Source of the DNA: Octopus sinensis
Lineage: Eukaryota
Assembly (NCBI RefSeq): GCF_006345805.1
Contig: NC_042999.1
Span: 32,240,001-32,304,000, forward strand
Length of the DNA stretch: 64,000 nucleotides
Direction of reading: 5' to 3'
The notes beneath the pieces were generated by a model. The model was not told where the DNA came from. It saw only the letters and a list, made by a program, of their open reading frames with translations, and ran no database searches. Position 1 is the first letter of the stretch. Each line of letters begins with the position of its first letter. Positions 41,501 to 53,890 of the stretch are shown piece after piece. Made by a program: the position numbers and the translations under genes.

Positions 41501-43842
41501 TGATAAAAGTAATAAAATAATCATTCTCACACTCGAAATACGTTAATGATATCGGATATTGATGTTTTTGTTGCGGTGTGGGAAGCAATTTTGTTTTCAT
41601 GATTTGTTATTCATGCTTACCTAGATATTTAGAGGGTGCTTTATTCATAAACTCTTATTACATTCCTTAATTATTTTTTGACTTTGGTCACATAAAAAAT
41701 TGATCTCTACTTTCAAAAAGCTTTAAAAGAAATTTTGGAAACCAGGCATCTAAGGAGCATTCAGTTAAAATGAAAAATAAACCTCCTTTACGATAGTCAA
41801 GTGAACGTGTTTTTTTCACATAACCAGTTCAGAAAAAGAGAAAATTCCACCTCCATGTATCGATACATAATTGTACATTAGAGGCATTATTAATTATATA
41901 TAATTCATTTAATTTATGATCGTTCAAATGTATTAACTCTGTTGTTTAGGTACATTTGCATTACAAGTGTGCGACAGTTCATGTTTCCCCTGACAAAGAA
42001 ATATAGTGGAAAATAGCAGTAGTGAATGCGTGTATCGTTTAATTTAACTGCATAATTGCCAATGGAACCCTAAGCTCCACCTTTTCTACTAAATATATAA
42101 ATTTAGATTTGAATCTTTACGTGGTAATGAAGATGTGACACTTCAATGTATGCGAATTTCGTCGAAAATTTATTAAATTATGGTTGGTGATTTATTTTAC
42201 AGCTAGAGAAAGATTGACTCATGAAAACCTAAATGGATTTATTTATAGAAAATCGATATGACTTCAACACGGAAAACGAAAAATATGTCATTTTGTAGCC
42301 ATAGTTAATTCAATATTTAATATTGGGAGATTTGATAGATTATTATGAACGACTTTTGAAGGATTTTCTTTTCTGCTTAGAATTTATTATGTTTAAGTAT
42401 ATTGAAAATTTGAAACAATAATTTGGTATTACGTAGGCAAAGAAAGTGTTACAGAAAATGAATACTACAAGACGTCAAATAATATCATTTATTAGTATAA
42501 TGCACTCGACTATACTATATCTGAATGGGTTGTCCAAAACAACATTAATAAGATGTTTTCTATATTGACGAAGACTCGGAAATATGTGATGTCCTTAAAC
42601 CGTGCCAAATACACCAATATAATGAAAACGACAAACCATTAAAAGCTGCTTGCTAATTAAATTCAGAATATTCTGTTCACTTCTTTTACCAATATTGCGC
42701 AAATATTTATGTTGGTTAGAAGTATATATTAAAATATATTATGAATGAGGATAAGATTCGAAACTGTTGTCGCTGTTGCATTTGCCGGTGCTGTTATTGC
42801 CGTCGCTTTTATTTCAATTATTACTTCCACTGTTTGCTACGAGGCACGGAATCGATTCTTCTGGTTGATTTCTTTTATTTTTCTTTTGTTTTGAAGAATC
42901 TTTGGATATAAATTTGACATGAGCGATTCTTTCTTGTCTTGAGATTCACGGTCAAACGGCTGGGTTAAAAAATTACACACATGTGTAGAATGATCCGGTG
43001 GTGTTGCAGGGATTTGTAATTTTTCATAGATCCTGTGGTTAGAGAGACAATCTAATATAATGATACTTTTGCGTTTATGAATAAGGAAAGAAGGGGTGAT
43101 GTCATACTTGGTAGTGGGATGATGAAAATTGCATGCTGAAAAATAAACCAAACAGCGTTTCAACTATGTGTGAATATATGTGTGTATATAAAAGGGTAGT
43201 AGGTGAATGTGTGCGTGTATGTACGTGTATGTGTGTGTGTTAGCGTGTGTGTGCGGTTTTGCGTGTGTGCGGCTTTGCGTGTGTGCGTGTGTGCGCTCGC
43301 AATGGTAGTAGTATGATTCATTTTTGTTCGCTTAGTATTTGGGTTTAATCTTTGATTTGGTTGAATCTTGGTTGTTTTTTTTTTTCTGATTGGTCTGTTA
43401 TTTTTTGCGTTTTGACAGAAAAAGTCATTCGAAAATCTTTTTTTAACGTAAGCGTGCCCAAACACGTCGAATGCTTGCACACAACAGGTTTTACAGCCAT
43501 ATCATCCAACCCGACCGAGTGAAACCGGGTTTAGCTGCGAGTATTCTATAAAATTAACACGTAGTTTTCACGTCGATATTATTTTCAGTATTCTCTTACG
43601 AATAATCCCACTTCTTTGAATAATATTTCTAAAGTTATCACTTAGAAATTATATATATATATATATATATATATACAAATTGAGATAAGGGTTGTAAATG
43701 CAACCCTCCATGGGATAACATATATCCAATATACTGCTAGTGAAGTACCCAAGTTAATACATAAATGTTAAGGATTGCGATGCAATCAATTCATTTACTG
43801 TATTATATGGGCAAAGGTAAGATGATTTACCACAAATTACTA

Positions 43843-44238
43843 ATACAAGATAAGAAAATGGAGAAATACATCTAAATCAAATATCAATTACCAGATAATA
43901 CACAAACACATACTTTATTAAACCACCTCATAAGAGAATGTAGGGTTGAACATAAAAAAGCAGAACAAATCAGTGTACATAAAGGAATGTACTTATACTT
44001 ATATTTATATTTACTTATATTTATATTCTCTTTTTTATATATATTCTACTTATTATACAACATTACTCTTTTATGTACACTTTTTTATGTACATTCCTTT
44101 ATGTACACTGATTTGTTCTGCTTTTTTATGTTTAACCCTACATTCTCTTATGAGGTGGTTTCATAAAGTATGTGTTTGTGTATTATCTGGTAATTGATAT
44201 TTGATTTAGATGTATTTCTCCATTTTCTAATCTTGTAT
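43843..44238. repeat. inverted repeat with 150-bp arms (43843-43992 / 44089-44238) and ~96-bp T/A-rich spacer
   Basis: atacaagataagaaaatggagaaatac...aaaggaatgtac versus gtacattccttt...ccattttctaatcttgtat; about 3 mismatches. Confidence 0.92.
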
Positions 44239-44249
44239 ATATATATACA

Positions 44250-44675
44250 GGAGTGGCTGTGTGGTAAGTAGCTTGCTAACCAACCACATGGTCCCGGGTT
44301 CAGTCCCACTGCGTGGCATCTTGGGCAAGTGTCTTCTGCTATAGCCCCGGACCGACCAATGCCTTGTGAGTGGATTTGGTAGACGGAAACTGAAAGAAGC
44401 CTGTCGTATATATGTATATATATATATATATATATGTGTGTGTATGTGTGTGTATGTTTGTGTGTCTGTGTTTGTCCCCTTAGCATTGCTTGACAACCGA
44501 TGCTGGTGTGTTTACGTCCCCGTTACTTAGCGGTTCGGCAAAGGAGACCGATAGAATAAGTACTGGGCTTACAAAGAATAAGTCCCGGGGTCGATTTGCT
44601 CGACTAAAGGCGGTGCTCCAGCATGGCCGCAGTCAAATGACTGAAACAAGTAAAAGAGTAAAAGAGTAAAAGAGT
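44250..44675 (+). mobile_element. full-length tRNA-derived SINE (family B, CORE-like)
   Basis: head GGAGTGGCTGTGTGGTAAGTAGC..GGGTTCAGTCCC, internal (TA)n(TG)n, (GTAAAAGA)3 tail. Confidence 0.92.
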
Positions 44676-44709
44676 ATATATATATATATATATAATATAT
44701 ATATATATT

Positions 44710-44855
44710 ACAGTTTTATATTTAAGAGATGAGGAATTATTTACATTATTTAACATTGACGTTGTTAACACAACGTTTCAGCTGGTATTCCCTCCAGGCT
44801 TCATTCATTGTCTTGGAGAAATTTCGAAATATCATCATCATCATCATCATCATCA

Positions 44856-44891
<36 letters not shown>

Positions 44892-45245
44892 TGGGCTTAG
44901 TAGCCCGGACTCTGAAACACTGCGCCATATGACCGTGGGAAATTATGGAGTGAATTTTATGGCTGATAAATCTAATATTCTCCTATCCTTCCATAATATC
45001 GTTTCACATATGCTGTTCATATCTGCACTCGGTTTTACTTCTTTTAGTTTTTCTTATTTTCCAGTCGTGTTCTCTATCTATTAGTTTAACTTCAGCCTAC
45101 AGTGGGAGGTGATCTCCATTTCTCCATACATGGTCAGCTATACTCGATTTAGCAATATCTCCCCGTGTCACAGCTTTGCGATATTCCTCTACCCTTATTT
45201 TGAGGGGGCGGCATGTGTCGCCTTTGTATAACCTACCACAGCTGT
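44710..45245 (-). mobile_element. 5'-truncated Penelope-like element: GIY-YIG end plus terminal module (tRNA-like head, (AAT)n, decayed hammerhead)
   Basis: SCGRLYKGDTCRPLKIRVEEYRKAV..GDIAKSSIADHVW; then aattcactccataatt, tggcgcagtg..gggctactaagccc, (aat)n, gaagcctggagggaataccagctgaaacgttgtg. Confidence 0.8.
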
Positions 45246-46730
45246 CTTTTAAGGACCATATATAACTGGATAATTAGGCAGGTTTTCGTTTATTCCTGTG
45301 ACTGAGGCTTAAGGTGTGATTGTTGAATCTTGATTTGCAATTTCCCTCTGTGAGACCCACATATCTTTTGAATGGAAGTCTATTATTAGTGTTTGTAGAA
45401 TTTACGGTTGCTTCATTAATAATGGCCTTAGTCATACAGCCGACATCGAATTGCTGTGTTGCACTGTATGTAATTATGCTTTTAAATTTTGGGTGAAACT
45501 GAAATTAATTTTTAGGTTATGACTAATAAATTTTTCTATATTTGTGATGTATTGGAAAATGTCTGTATATTAGTGACAAATGTCTATATTAGAGGTTTCT
45601 TTGGATGAGTAAGGAGGTGTGGACTAGATAATTTCCCTGTGTCTATGTTTTATTTCCTTTATTTCTCATCTAATATTATGTGTGTAAGGTGTTTCCCGTT
45701 TAAATCCACTAGCTTCCATAACATTGTTGCATAATGTGGCAGCATTATTAAATATATATTTATTGGAGATGAAGTTACAAATTCTCCTACTACTATTCTT
45801 AACTAAATTGATAAAAACTCTAGCGGGTGGCAGGAAACTACATTTATACAACTAAGTCTATCTTTGGGCTTTTTGTAGGGTATGTAATTATAATTTTGTA
45901 AATTTACAGATCCGAGAAGTAAATTGACAACCTCAGGCTGGTACCTATTGTTTTGCTAAGATCGAATGTTTTTATAAGATTGACAATATCCTTCCTTAAC
46001 AGATCTTGCGCTGGTACAATGGTATTCTTAGCTAAAGCTAGAGCATCGTACCTATAAATAGAGGAATATATACCAGAATAAGCTTTCCCTAACTTGTCAA
46101 ACAGGAATAGCCAATGAGATCGCATATGCCTGCTCCATCAAATACGCATGCTCACATCGAAAGAGCTCTATATGCCTGCTGTCTTAACCCATTCTGTGTT
46201 CTCGCCGAAGAGAAAGGTCTTTCTAGCATGGAGGATTATATCCTTATCTTGTTCACTTATCTCTGTAAAATCGCTTGCGAAAGTGAGGGCTTTACATAGC
46301 AGTCTATTAGAAATAGATGCATAGAAACCTACAATATCAAATTGTGTAATTCTTGCTTTATTATTATTTCTGATTGCTTTAAACAAAGTAACAACTACTA
46401 TACATTTGGACCATTGTACTAAATTAGTTGCCCCTCTAACTTTAGCATTGATTTTCTAAAATAATATCCTTAACAATTGCAACAATTTCTGATTTTGCAG
46501 GGTTAATTAGTCTGCATTTAGGATTAAATAGCAAGTTCTTTTTATGGTCCTAAATAGTTATAAAGACATCTTTATTTGGATGGATCGCTATTTTTTTATC
46601 TAATTTAAAACTAGTGGTGATGATACTAGCTTCTTTAATATATATATAAAATTTTCTAAACAAATTTATCAATGGCCAACATATTAAAAAAATACCTTTA
46701 ACGGTTAAATCTATCTTTAAAAAAATAAAA
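45245..46730 (-). mobile_element. Penelope-like element RT plus GIY-YIG N-terminal part (pseudogene)
   Basis: NPKCRLINPAKSEI, QFDIVGFYASIS..LL.KAL.FA, FDGA.ICDLIGLFL, IYRYDAL, SRRI.N..SNKYIFNNAA..N..MEASGFK, YVGLTEGN.KSRFNNH. Confidence 0.85.
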
Positions 46731-46953
46731 TATACATATACATGTGCGGGTATATATATGTATATGTGTGTGTGTATGTATATATATATTTATATATATA
46801 TATACAAAATACATATTTACGTTCACTACCTGTTAGATATAATGAGCTTTTTTTTCCTGGTCAATGCAGCCAAATGAGTACATTACTACTTTAAAGCAGG
46901 TTTCTTTTTACTACATGGAAATATCCAAAATGTTCAATTACTGTATCAATCAG

Positions 46954-47007
46954 TCGTTCTGAAAATCAATATTATGCTGACATGCAGACAGAGGAAGTGA
47001 AGCAGAA
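46954..47007 (+). CDS. candidate 54-nt symmetric exon (RSENQYYADMQTEEVKQ), unknown gene
   Basis: atcaatcag acceptor, GAA|gtgagg donor, phase 2-2; no homology recognised. Confidence 0.22.
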
Positions 47008-47948
47008 GTGAGGTTAAGTGGAAACAAAAGCAACACAATTGATATAAATAAAATCTGTAAAATATATTATCGATATTAATCGCTGATTATGCCTAATTGA
47101 CAGATCGTTCAATAAAACATATGTTTAACCAACTTTCGAAAGCTTTTGACAATAATATATGCATTTAGGTTTTTGGCAGAAAATTATGATATTATTCATA
47201 ATTATAGAAAACGTTGTTCAGAGCGTAGGTCATTATCAGTCACACAATGAATTCCAACATAGATATTATAACTAAAAACCGTATGGTAGAGAAACTATTT
47301 ACTCTAAGCTAACCTACAATTTAGCCGCTTAATAAATACAATATCGAATAAATTAGGAGCAAAATACACGAGCAAATATACAATACTGCAAGACAAAGGG
47401 ATGTTTAAACTTATTCTAGCTACTTATCGAATATATCAAGTAAATTGTAAAATTAGATTATGTCGGAAGGAATCAGCATTACCTCCGTTTGAAATCACGA
47501 AATACACCTGAACATCAGGAGATGTTTGCCATTAGTGTTAGTATATATATTTCAATAACTACTTCATTTAAAATTATTCATTCTTTAAAAAATGTAAAGA
47601 ATTGCGTTGTGGTTGAGTGGAGGGTATTTGGATTTAAGAATGATAGAGTAATCTGTAAAATATTGCACTCATAACTTTTTGTCCCCAGCAAATAATATCT
47701 GCCAACTATATAATGTATCACTGGTACTGATGAGTCAAAAGAGTGTTGAAATGCAACTGCTATTGCTGGCAAAATACAGTCAGAAACAAATATAAGACCA
47801 TGTGATGAGGAAATTATTTTCTGTAACCGATCACATAAATAAGCCACTATATATTGTATCATAAATTAATTAAGAAATACACTTGCATTTGAAATTATTG
47901 GATGACGCGTAAAATTTCTCGAAGATTTGATGATTATAATGTGAAATA

Positions 47949-48613
47949 CGAGGGGTGCCCAAAGGAAATTGGAATTTTGCAAAGTATTCTCCATTTGAAG
48001 CAATGCATCGGTCCAGATGCGCTTTTCACTGTTCAAAGCAGTGCTGGAATTCTTGCAAAGTGTTACCTTTTAATGTCACCGTCGTATTTTTATTTATTTA
48101 TTTTACACTTCTTCCACTGTAAATTATGTAGCACCAGCTTTCGTCACTAATGATATCATTCGAAAAAAGGTCCGGAACAACTTCCAAATGTTCTTTCAGT
48201 TCACGATACACATTCAATCGTGACTGCTTTTGGTCTTTTGTGAGCAGATGAGACAGAAATTTAACTGCATCTCTTTTCATTCGTAAATCTTCGTTCACAG
48301 TTTGTTGACAGAAACTTCAGGATGCACCCACCATATCAACAAGTTGGTAAATTTTGTGACGTTGTTTCAAGACCAGTCTCTCTTTTTTTAAATCTTTTAC
48401 TCTGTTACTCGTTTCAGTTATTTGACTGTTGGCATGCTGTAGCACCGCCTTTAGTCGAGAGAATTCGACCCCAGGACTTATTATTTGTAAGCCTAGTACT
48501 TATACTATAAGGCTCTTTTGCCGAACTGCTAAGTTCCTGGGACGTAAACACTCCAGCATCGGTTGTCAAGCGATGTTCGGGGACAAACACAGATACACAA
48601 ACACACACACACA

Positions 48614-48652
<39 letters not shown>

Positions 48653-49217
48653 GACGGGATTCTTTCAGTTTCCGTCTACCAAATTTACTCACAAGGCTTT
48701 GGTCAGCCAGAGGATATAGTAGAATACACTTGCCCAAGGCACCACGCAGTGGGACGGAAACCGAAACCACGTGTTTAGTAAGCAAGCTACTTACCACACA
48801 ACCACTGATGTTCTAACTCGTCCAGGAGTTCGACGGTCGCCCTGAACGAGACTTGTTCTCAAGCGACAAGTGTCCATTGTTAAAGCGTAGAAACAACTCG
48901 TAAACTGTTTTTTTTCCACCTGGCAGCGTCCTTGTAAGTTGTTTGAAGCATGTCAAGTGTTGCAACCGCCGTTTGCCCTAGCAGAATTTCACGAAAGCAA
49001 ACTGTTCCTTCGATTCAGCCATCACGTACATCAATGATCAGGGGAGAAGCTCTGCGACAAAAATGACGCATCACATGGTATTACGGCTTCCTCGAAAGCC
49101 GCCGGTCGACAAACTGATGCCTGAGGGTCGCATCAAGAGGCCTCTAGCGGAAAAAGCTTGCTCTGCAACAGTATTTCCCCTCAGAGAACCTCTCTAGTTA
49201 ATTTTGGGTACCCCTCG
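47949..49217 (-). mobile_element. internally deleted mariner element with both TIRs and TA target duplication
   Basis: TA|CGAGGGGTGCCCAAA ... TTTGGGTACCCCTCG|TA; decayed MAE.KEQ...VKFC, GRPS, NEDLRMKR.AVKFL.HLLTKDQKQSRL.V.RELKE....PDLFS..I.SDESWCY. Confidence 0.88.
48393..48806 (-). mobile_element. family-B SINE inserted in the mariner element
   Basis: reverse complement of the 44250-44675 consensus, more diverged. Confidence 0.85.
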
Positions 49218-49719
49218 TAATGCCTATTTTTCAAACTTCTATAATTGAGATCCATGAATTTCGGTTGGTACAAATGTATTTCTTACAAGTATTTGGAAGG
49301 ACATTCGATAAGATAAAGTTGAAGATAAGTTAAATCTGAAGTAAAATTTGTTATCCGAGATTGGACTTTGCGTATTCTATGCTACATGTATTGAAAAATA
49401 CATAATAATTTTAACGGCGATAATTTTTTCTTGAGAAAACTGAAAAATAATTTCTCTGTAGCTATGACTATTCCTAAATCATAAGTAAGTAAAACCCGCA
49501 GGTATTTCGTCTCCTATTACTTCAGTTAATCTTTCAATGGTACTGCAAGTGGTAAGCATCCATACATCAATGTTCAATTCGAGGATCAAAATAGTTAATT
49601 CTGTGTTTAGATTAAAGAGTTTTCAAAAATATATATTAATATGCTTTTGTGTCGTACTGGGAAAGTTTGTTAAGTTGAAAATGACGTAGAAGTATGTTAA
49701 TTTTCTATTAACTAACATA

Positions 49720-49751
49720 TTGGGTTGGTGCATAATTATTGCGGTATTTTT
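49720..49751 (+). mobile_element. solo mariner (Hsmar1/MADE1-like) terminal inverted repeat
   Basis: TA|TTGGGTTGGTGCATAATTATTGCGGT resembles TTAGGTTGGTGCAAAAGTAATTGCGG. Confidence 0.6.
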
Positions 49752-50357
49752 CAACAAATTTTTTTAACCTCGTTAAATGACTTTAAATACTCTAATTTAT
49801 ATATGTTAATACTTATAATGTATGTATTTTTAAATTTATAATTTAAATATTCATTTTCCACACCTTAATGCAAAAATATATATATATATGTTTATCTATA
49901 ATCTTTTTCTATATATTTTCTATAATTCCTAAGTTAAATTAACTATCCACATTTACCTCTATTTGTCCACTTTTTGCGCACACATAAGTATTTTTGCCCC
50001 TAACTAAAGAACTGTAAATTTCAGTTTACATGATCGTTAACGATTCTCCAAATAAATAAAACGCTATATAGTTTTGAGAGAGACCAAAAGTCTCACTTTA
50101 ATTTACATGATTAATACAAAGTAGATTTAAGGGTGTCAGTTTTTCTTACAAAATACATACATTTTTTGTTATATATTTATTTACTTATTTACAATTGTAT
50201 TTTTATTAGACTCCATTTCAACATAAGTAATTTTTTGTGTATGAATCTAAGTAGTAACGCATTACCTAAACAATTACATATTTATACAATTTTTCTGCGT
50301 GCGATTTCTCTACATATATCTTCATGTATCTATTAGGTAAGTGCGTGTAAATATAAT

Positions 50358-50652
50358 GATATCCCTTCATCAGGAACGATATGAGAGAGCTAAATACAGG
50401 GAAATAGATTTCAATATAAGAAGTTATTTTGGAAAGGAAGAGATATAAGAAATATAACGGGAAATTAAAGAATAGAAATAAAAACATATAAAAATATATA
50501 AAAATGAAAAAAAAACATTTTTAGTTTTATATTTATTCGCTTATTTTCCATCATACTTCCTATATCACTCTCTTTCCAAAATAACTTCATATATTGAAAT
50601 CTAGTATTTCCCTCTATTAAACTCTCTCATATCGTCACTGATGAAGAATATC
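50358..50652. repeat. older inverted repeat with ~130-bp arms, each ending in a CTGATGAAG motif
   Basis: gatatcccttcatcagg.acgatatgagagag... versus ...ctctctcatatcgtcactgatgaagaatatc; ~80% identity by eye. Confidence 0.8.
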
Positions 50653-51130
50653 TCTCATAGCCCTCAAATATCTCTAATTTCATACTGCCTTGGCGTTATT
50701 GTCTCATTTTATTTAAGATATCCATGCTCACACACAACCTGCATTATACTCCTTACTCAAGTGAGTAGTAGTGGCAGGAGAATGTAGTCGAGTCAATTGG
50801 TGTTAGGCTGGAGTACTGGAGCTAGCAGAATTGGAAGAGATATGTGAGACAGATCAAGAAGCTGTAGCGTTCAATGAACAGGGTATTTAGAGAATTAGTA
50901 GTAGCAGAGGACATTTGGAAGATAGATGGGTGGGATAGAATAGGTCGTATTTATACGATGTTCAATGTTGTTGGACTTAGGAAAAAATGTTAAATTTTAG
51001 GCAATAGATTTAAGAGAAGTTGGGATAGTGAGAAAAGGGCGAAGCGAATATGAAGGGAGGGAATGTGTCCAGTTATATGTTCCTGTAGGGTGTCAAAAGA
51101 GGAATATTTAAGGTTTAAGTTGGGTTGGTG

Positions 51131-51172
<42 letters not shown>

Positions 51173-52049
51173 ATGACATATTACAAGTGCATATGAACGT
51201 ACGGGCACTATTTCCCTTTGGCAGAACAGTCTGATAACCATGTCTGCGTGATTTGGTTAGTGTAGCCAACCGCTTTGCCTCGTGCATAGATACACACTGC
51301 GGCCTGTCACGAGACACGGGAAAGTTTTTTTATGAGTTCTAGTCAGGCCTTACGAAAAGTAAGACGTATTGTAATGTCTTTGTGTGAACTCAACATCACA
51401 TTGAAATATCTAATGGAGAAACATTCTAGAATTTAATACCAGATTATGATACTGTTCGAACATTTATATTGTCCCATATTTTTACATTATGAAGTAACTG
51501 TATCAGTTATATTTTTAATATGCTGCATATACCGCATTTGGATTTCTATTATGACAAGGAGCCTGAACATACCTTCTATTCACCTAGCACATCGGTATGT
51601 CCTATCTCCGAATGCTATGCACAGTCTGCTGGAAAGCAATCTTCGATTTAATTCTATCGCCAATTCTTCTTCCAATAAATTATTATTGTTTTGTTAAGCC
51701 CCCTGAAAGTTGTCTATTATTCACATGTACATGGAATTATAACTACTGCATTACAAGGTAATCTGTTATTGATATTATAAACCCTTAGATAATATTTTAC
51801 TGCCTATCCACTAAAAGATTAAGCAGAGGGAGTAGACAAATGCTGAGAGACGATTGGATATATAGGTAGCGATGTTAGTAGTAGCAAGTGCTAAGTAGTT
51901 TTGCTTGACGAGGCAAAGAGGAAATGGGGGAAGGAATTCAAATCATATAGATGGTATTGCTCTAAAGGGGGTGAGCTATGTTGGATGTAGTATTAAAAAG
52001 GAATGTATGTAGAATTGTTTATGTTATTAGTGAGACGGTGTTGCAACTA

Positions 52050-52560
52050 TAGGTTAACTGTAATTAAGGTTAATTGTATTTAGGGAATTACATAAATTTT
52101 ATAAAGAATTGGCAAACAATGAGTATAATGTGTCTTTATATAAAAGTATGACATGTAAGAATCTATTAAATAGTCGTGATTTGTGTTTGCGAATGATGGT
52201 GAATGATTTCCATAAACGTTCACAAAGGAGCCCCTACTGACGATGTTTCCAGAGAGGGTATCGGCAATATTTTGAGATTTGAAGTTGTGTATATAAGTGG
52301 CTAAAGAAGTAGATTACTTAGAAGTTAGATTGGAGAAAGCGTTCGAGTGTGTTCGGTAGCTTGGAAGCAAGGATGTCGCGGATGTAGACCCTTGCTTGAT
52401 GGGAATGCGGTGTTACTACACGGCGATTGTAGATTACGTTTTTGCGTCAAAATGGGTAGAGTAGGGACACCCGTCAGTTGAAGTTTTGCCTGCCTGCAAT
52501 GGTTTTGGAACTGATCATTTGGAAGTTCAGGCACATGTGGTCCTTTACCAGGAGGCAAGA
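52050..52560 (-). mobile_element. decayed Penelope-like GIY-YIG 3' end
   Basis: VYI.ATS..SYRTHSNAFSN..K(stop)STSLATYIHNFKSQNI...SGNIVSRAP, read across frameshifts. Confidence 0.55.
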
Positions 52561-53416
52561 GCGATAGATATTATCAATGGCAGTGGTGAAGTTTTTGTCT
52601 TTAAGAGGAGGCAATTATGAATTCTATATTTCGAATACTTTGTATCGTTTTCAATATAAAAACAGTATAGGTTGGAATACCAGATTGAGAGTTCATTTAC
52701 TTGAATAATATTTGAATAATATTTATTTGAATAGTATTTCATCATATTGTAGAACTTATAATGCATGGATGAATCATGAAATTCAAAGATTCTGAATCTG
52801 GAATTCTTTTTTAAGAATGCATTCAAATTACAGGCAGAAAGTAAACTTTTTATACGACGATAGATACACAAACATTATCTTATTCTTTTAAAGATTAGTC
52901 ATTCAAAATTTTAATCTTCCGTAATTTATGATGTCCATCAACTTTACATACTATATATTTATTTATTTCCTTAATAGCTATATTTTAAATTGAAATAATA
53001 ATACAAATATATGTGACAACTAATTAATAAAAGTATTCAATTGCACTTAATAATAATTTAAACGTATTATTCACTTGAAAACATTTCAATTATTATCATA
53101 TCAATGAATTTGTTTTGGAGGGAAGTTATATTTTCTCACATAAATAGTTAATGTCAAAATAATACATTCCCTTTCACATAAACGATGTTTTAAATATAAA
53201 ATTATCCTTCGAACAATATCTTTCGAAGAAGAATATGTTTCGTCTTAAGGAGGACTGAAAGTATGTTCCAAAAATAATTACATAGTAATAGAGGTGGAAA
53301 TCTGGAAGAATAACAAGCTAGAAATTTACAATATTTAATTCTGTATTTAAGAGATAAGGAATTATGTACACAATAATATCATTTGACGGATATTTGACCT
53401 CATGCTGTTTGTTGTT

Positions 53417-53460
53417 ACCCCAACGTTTCGGCTGATATGCCCTCCAACCTTCATCAGGTA
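53417..53460 (-). ncRNA. minimal hammerhead ribozyme motif (PLE-type)
   Basis: minus strand TACC-CTGATGA-A-GGTTG(gagggcatat)CAGCC-GAAA-CG-TT-GGGGT; palindromic AACGTT replaces stem III; stem I is weak in this copy. Confidence 0.65.
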
Positions 53461-53504
53461 TCATGGAAATTTCGAACCTGTTTTCTCATTCCTTTTTCAA
53501 TGTT

Positions 53505-53532
53505 GTTGTTGTTGTTATTATTATTATTATTA

Positions 53533-53584
<52 letters not shown>

Positions 53585-53685
53585 TTATTATTATTATTAC
53601 TATTATTATTATTATTATTATTGTTGCTGCTGTTGTTGTTGTTGTTGTTATTATTATTATTATTATTATCATTGTTATTGGTATC

Positions 53686-53738
<53 letters not shown>

Positions 53739-53764
53739 CGTTATCGTTATTATTATTATTATTA

Positions 53765-53809
<45 letters not shown>

Positions 53810-53815
53810 TATCAT
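53505..53815. repeat. expanded (ATT)n/(GTT)n trinucleotide tract
   Basis: direct reading. Confidence 0.95.
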
Positions 53816-53823
53816 TCAGGTCA

Positions 53824-53890
53824 TTACCTGGAATCGAACTCGGAATCTCTGGGTTAGGAGCCCGCGCTCTTAAGCACTACGCCATATGCC
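53824..53890 (-). promoter_or_regulatory. tRNA-like Pol III internal promoter (A/B boxes) inside the PLE terminal module
   Basis: GGCATATGGCGTAGTGCTTAAGAGCGCGGG-CTCCTAA-CCCAGAGATTCCGAGTTCGATTCCAGG: A-box, anticodon-like stem-loop, B-box GTTCGATTCC. Confidence 0.65.

Noticed and set aside
42741-42911. Cys-rich ORF (CCRCCICRCCYC)
   Set aside because: Product of a degenerate GCT/GTT triplet run; all frames are low-complexity
47725-47760. CTGATGA...GAAA hammerhead candidate
   Set aside because: Stem II and stem I cannot form
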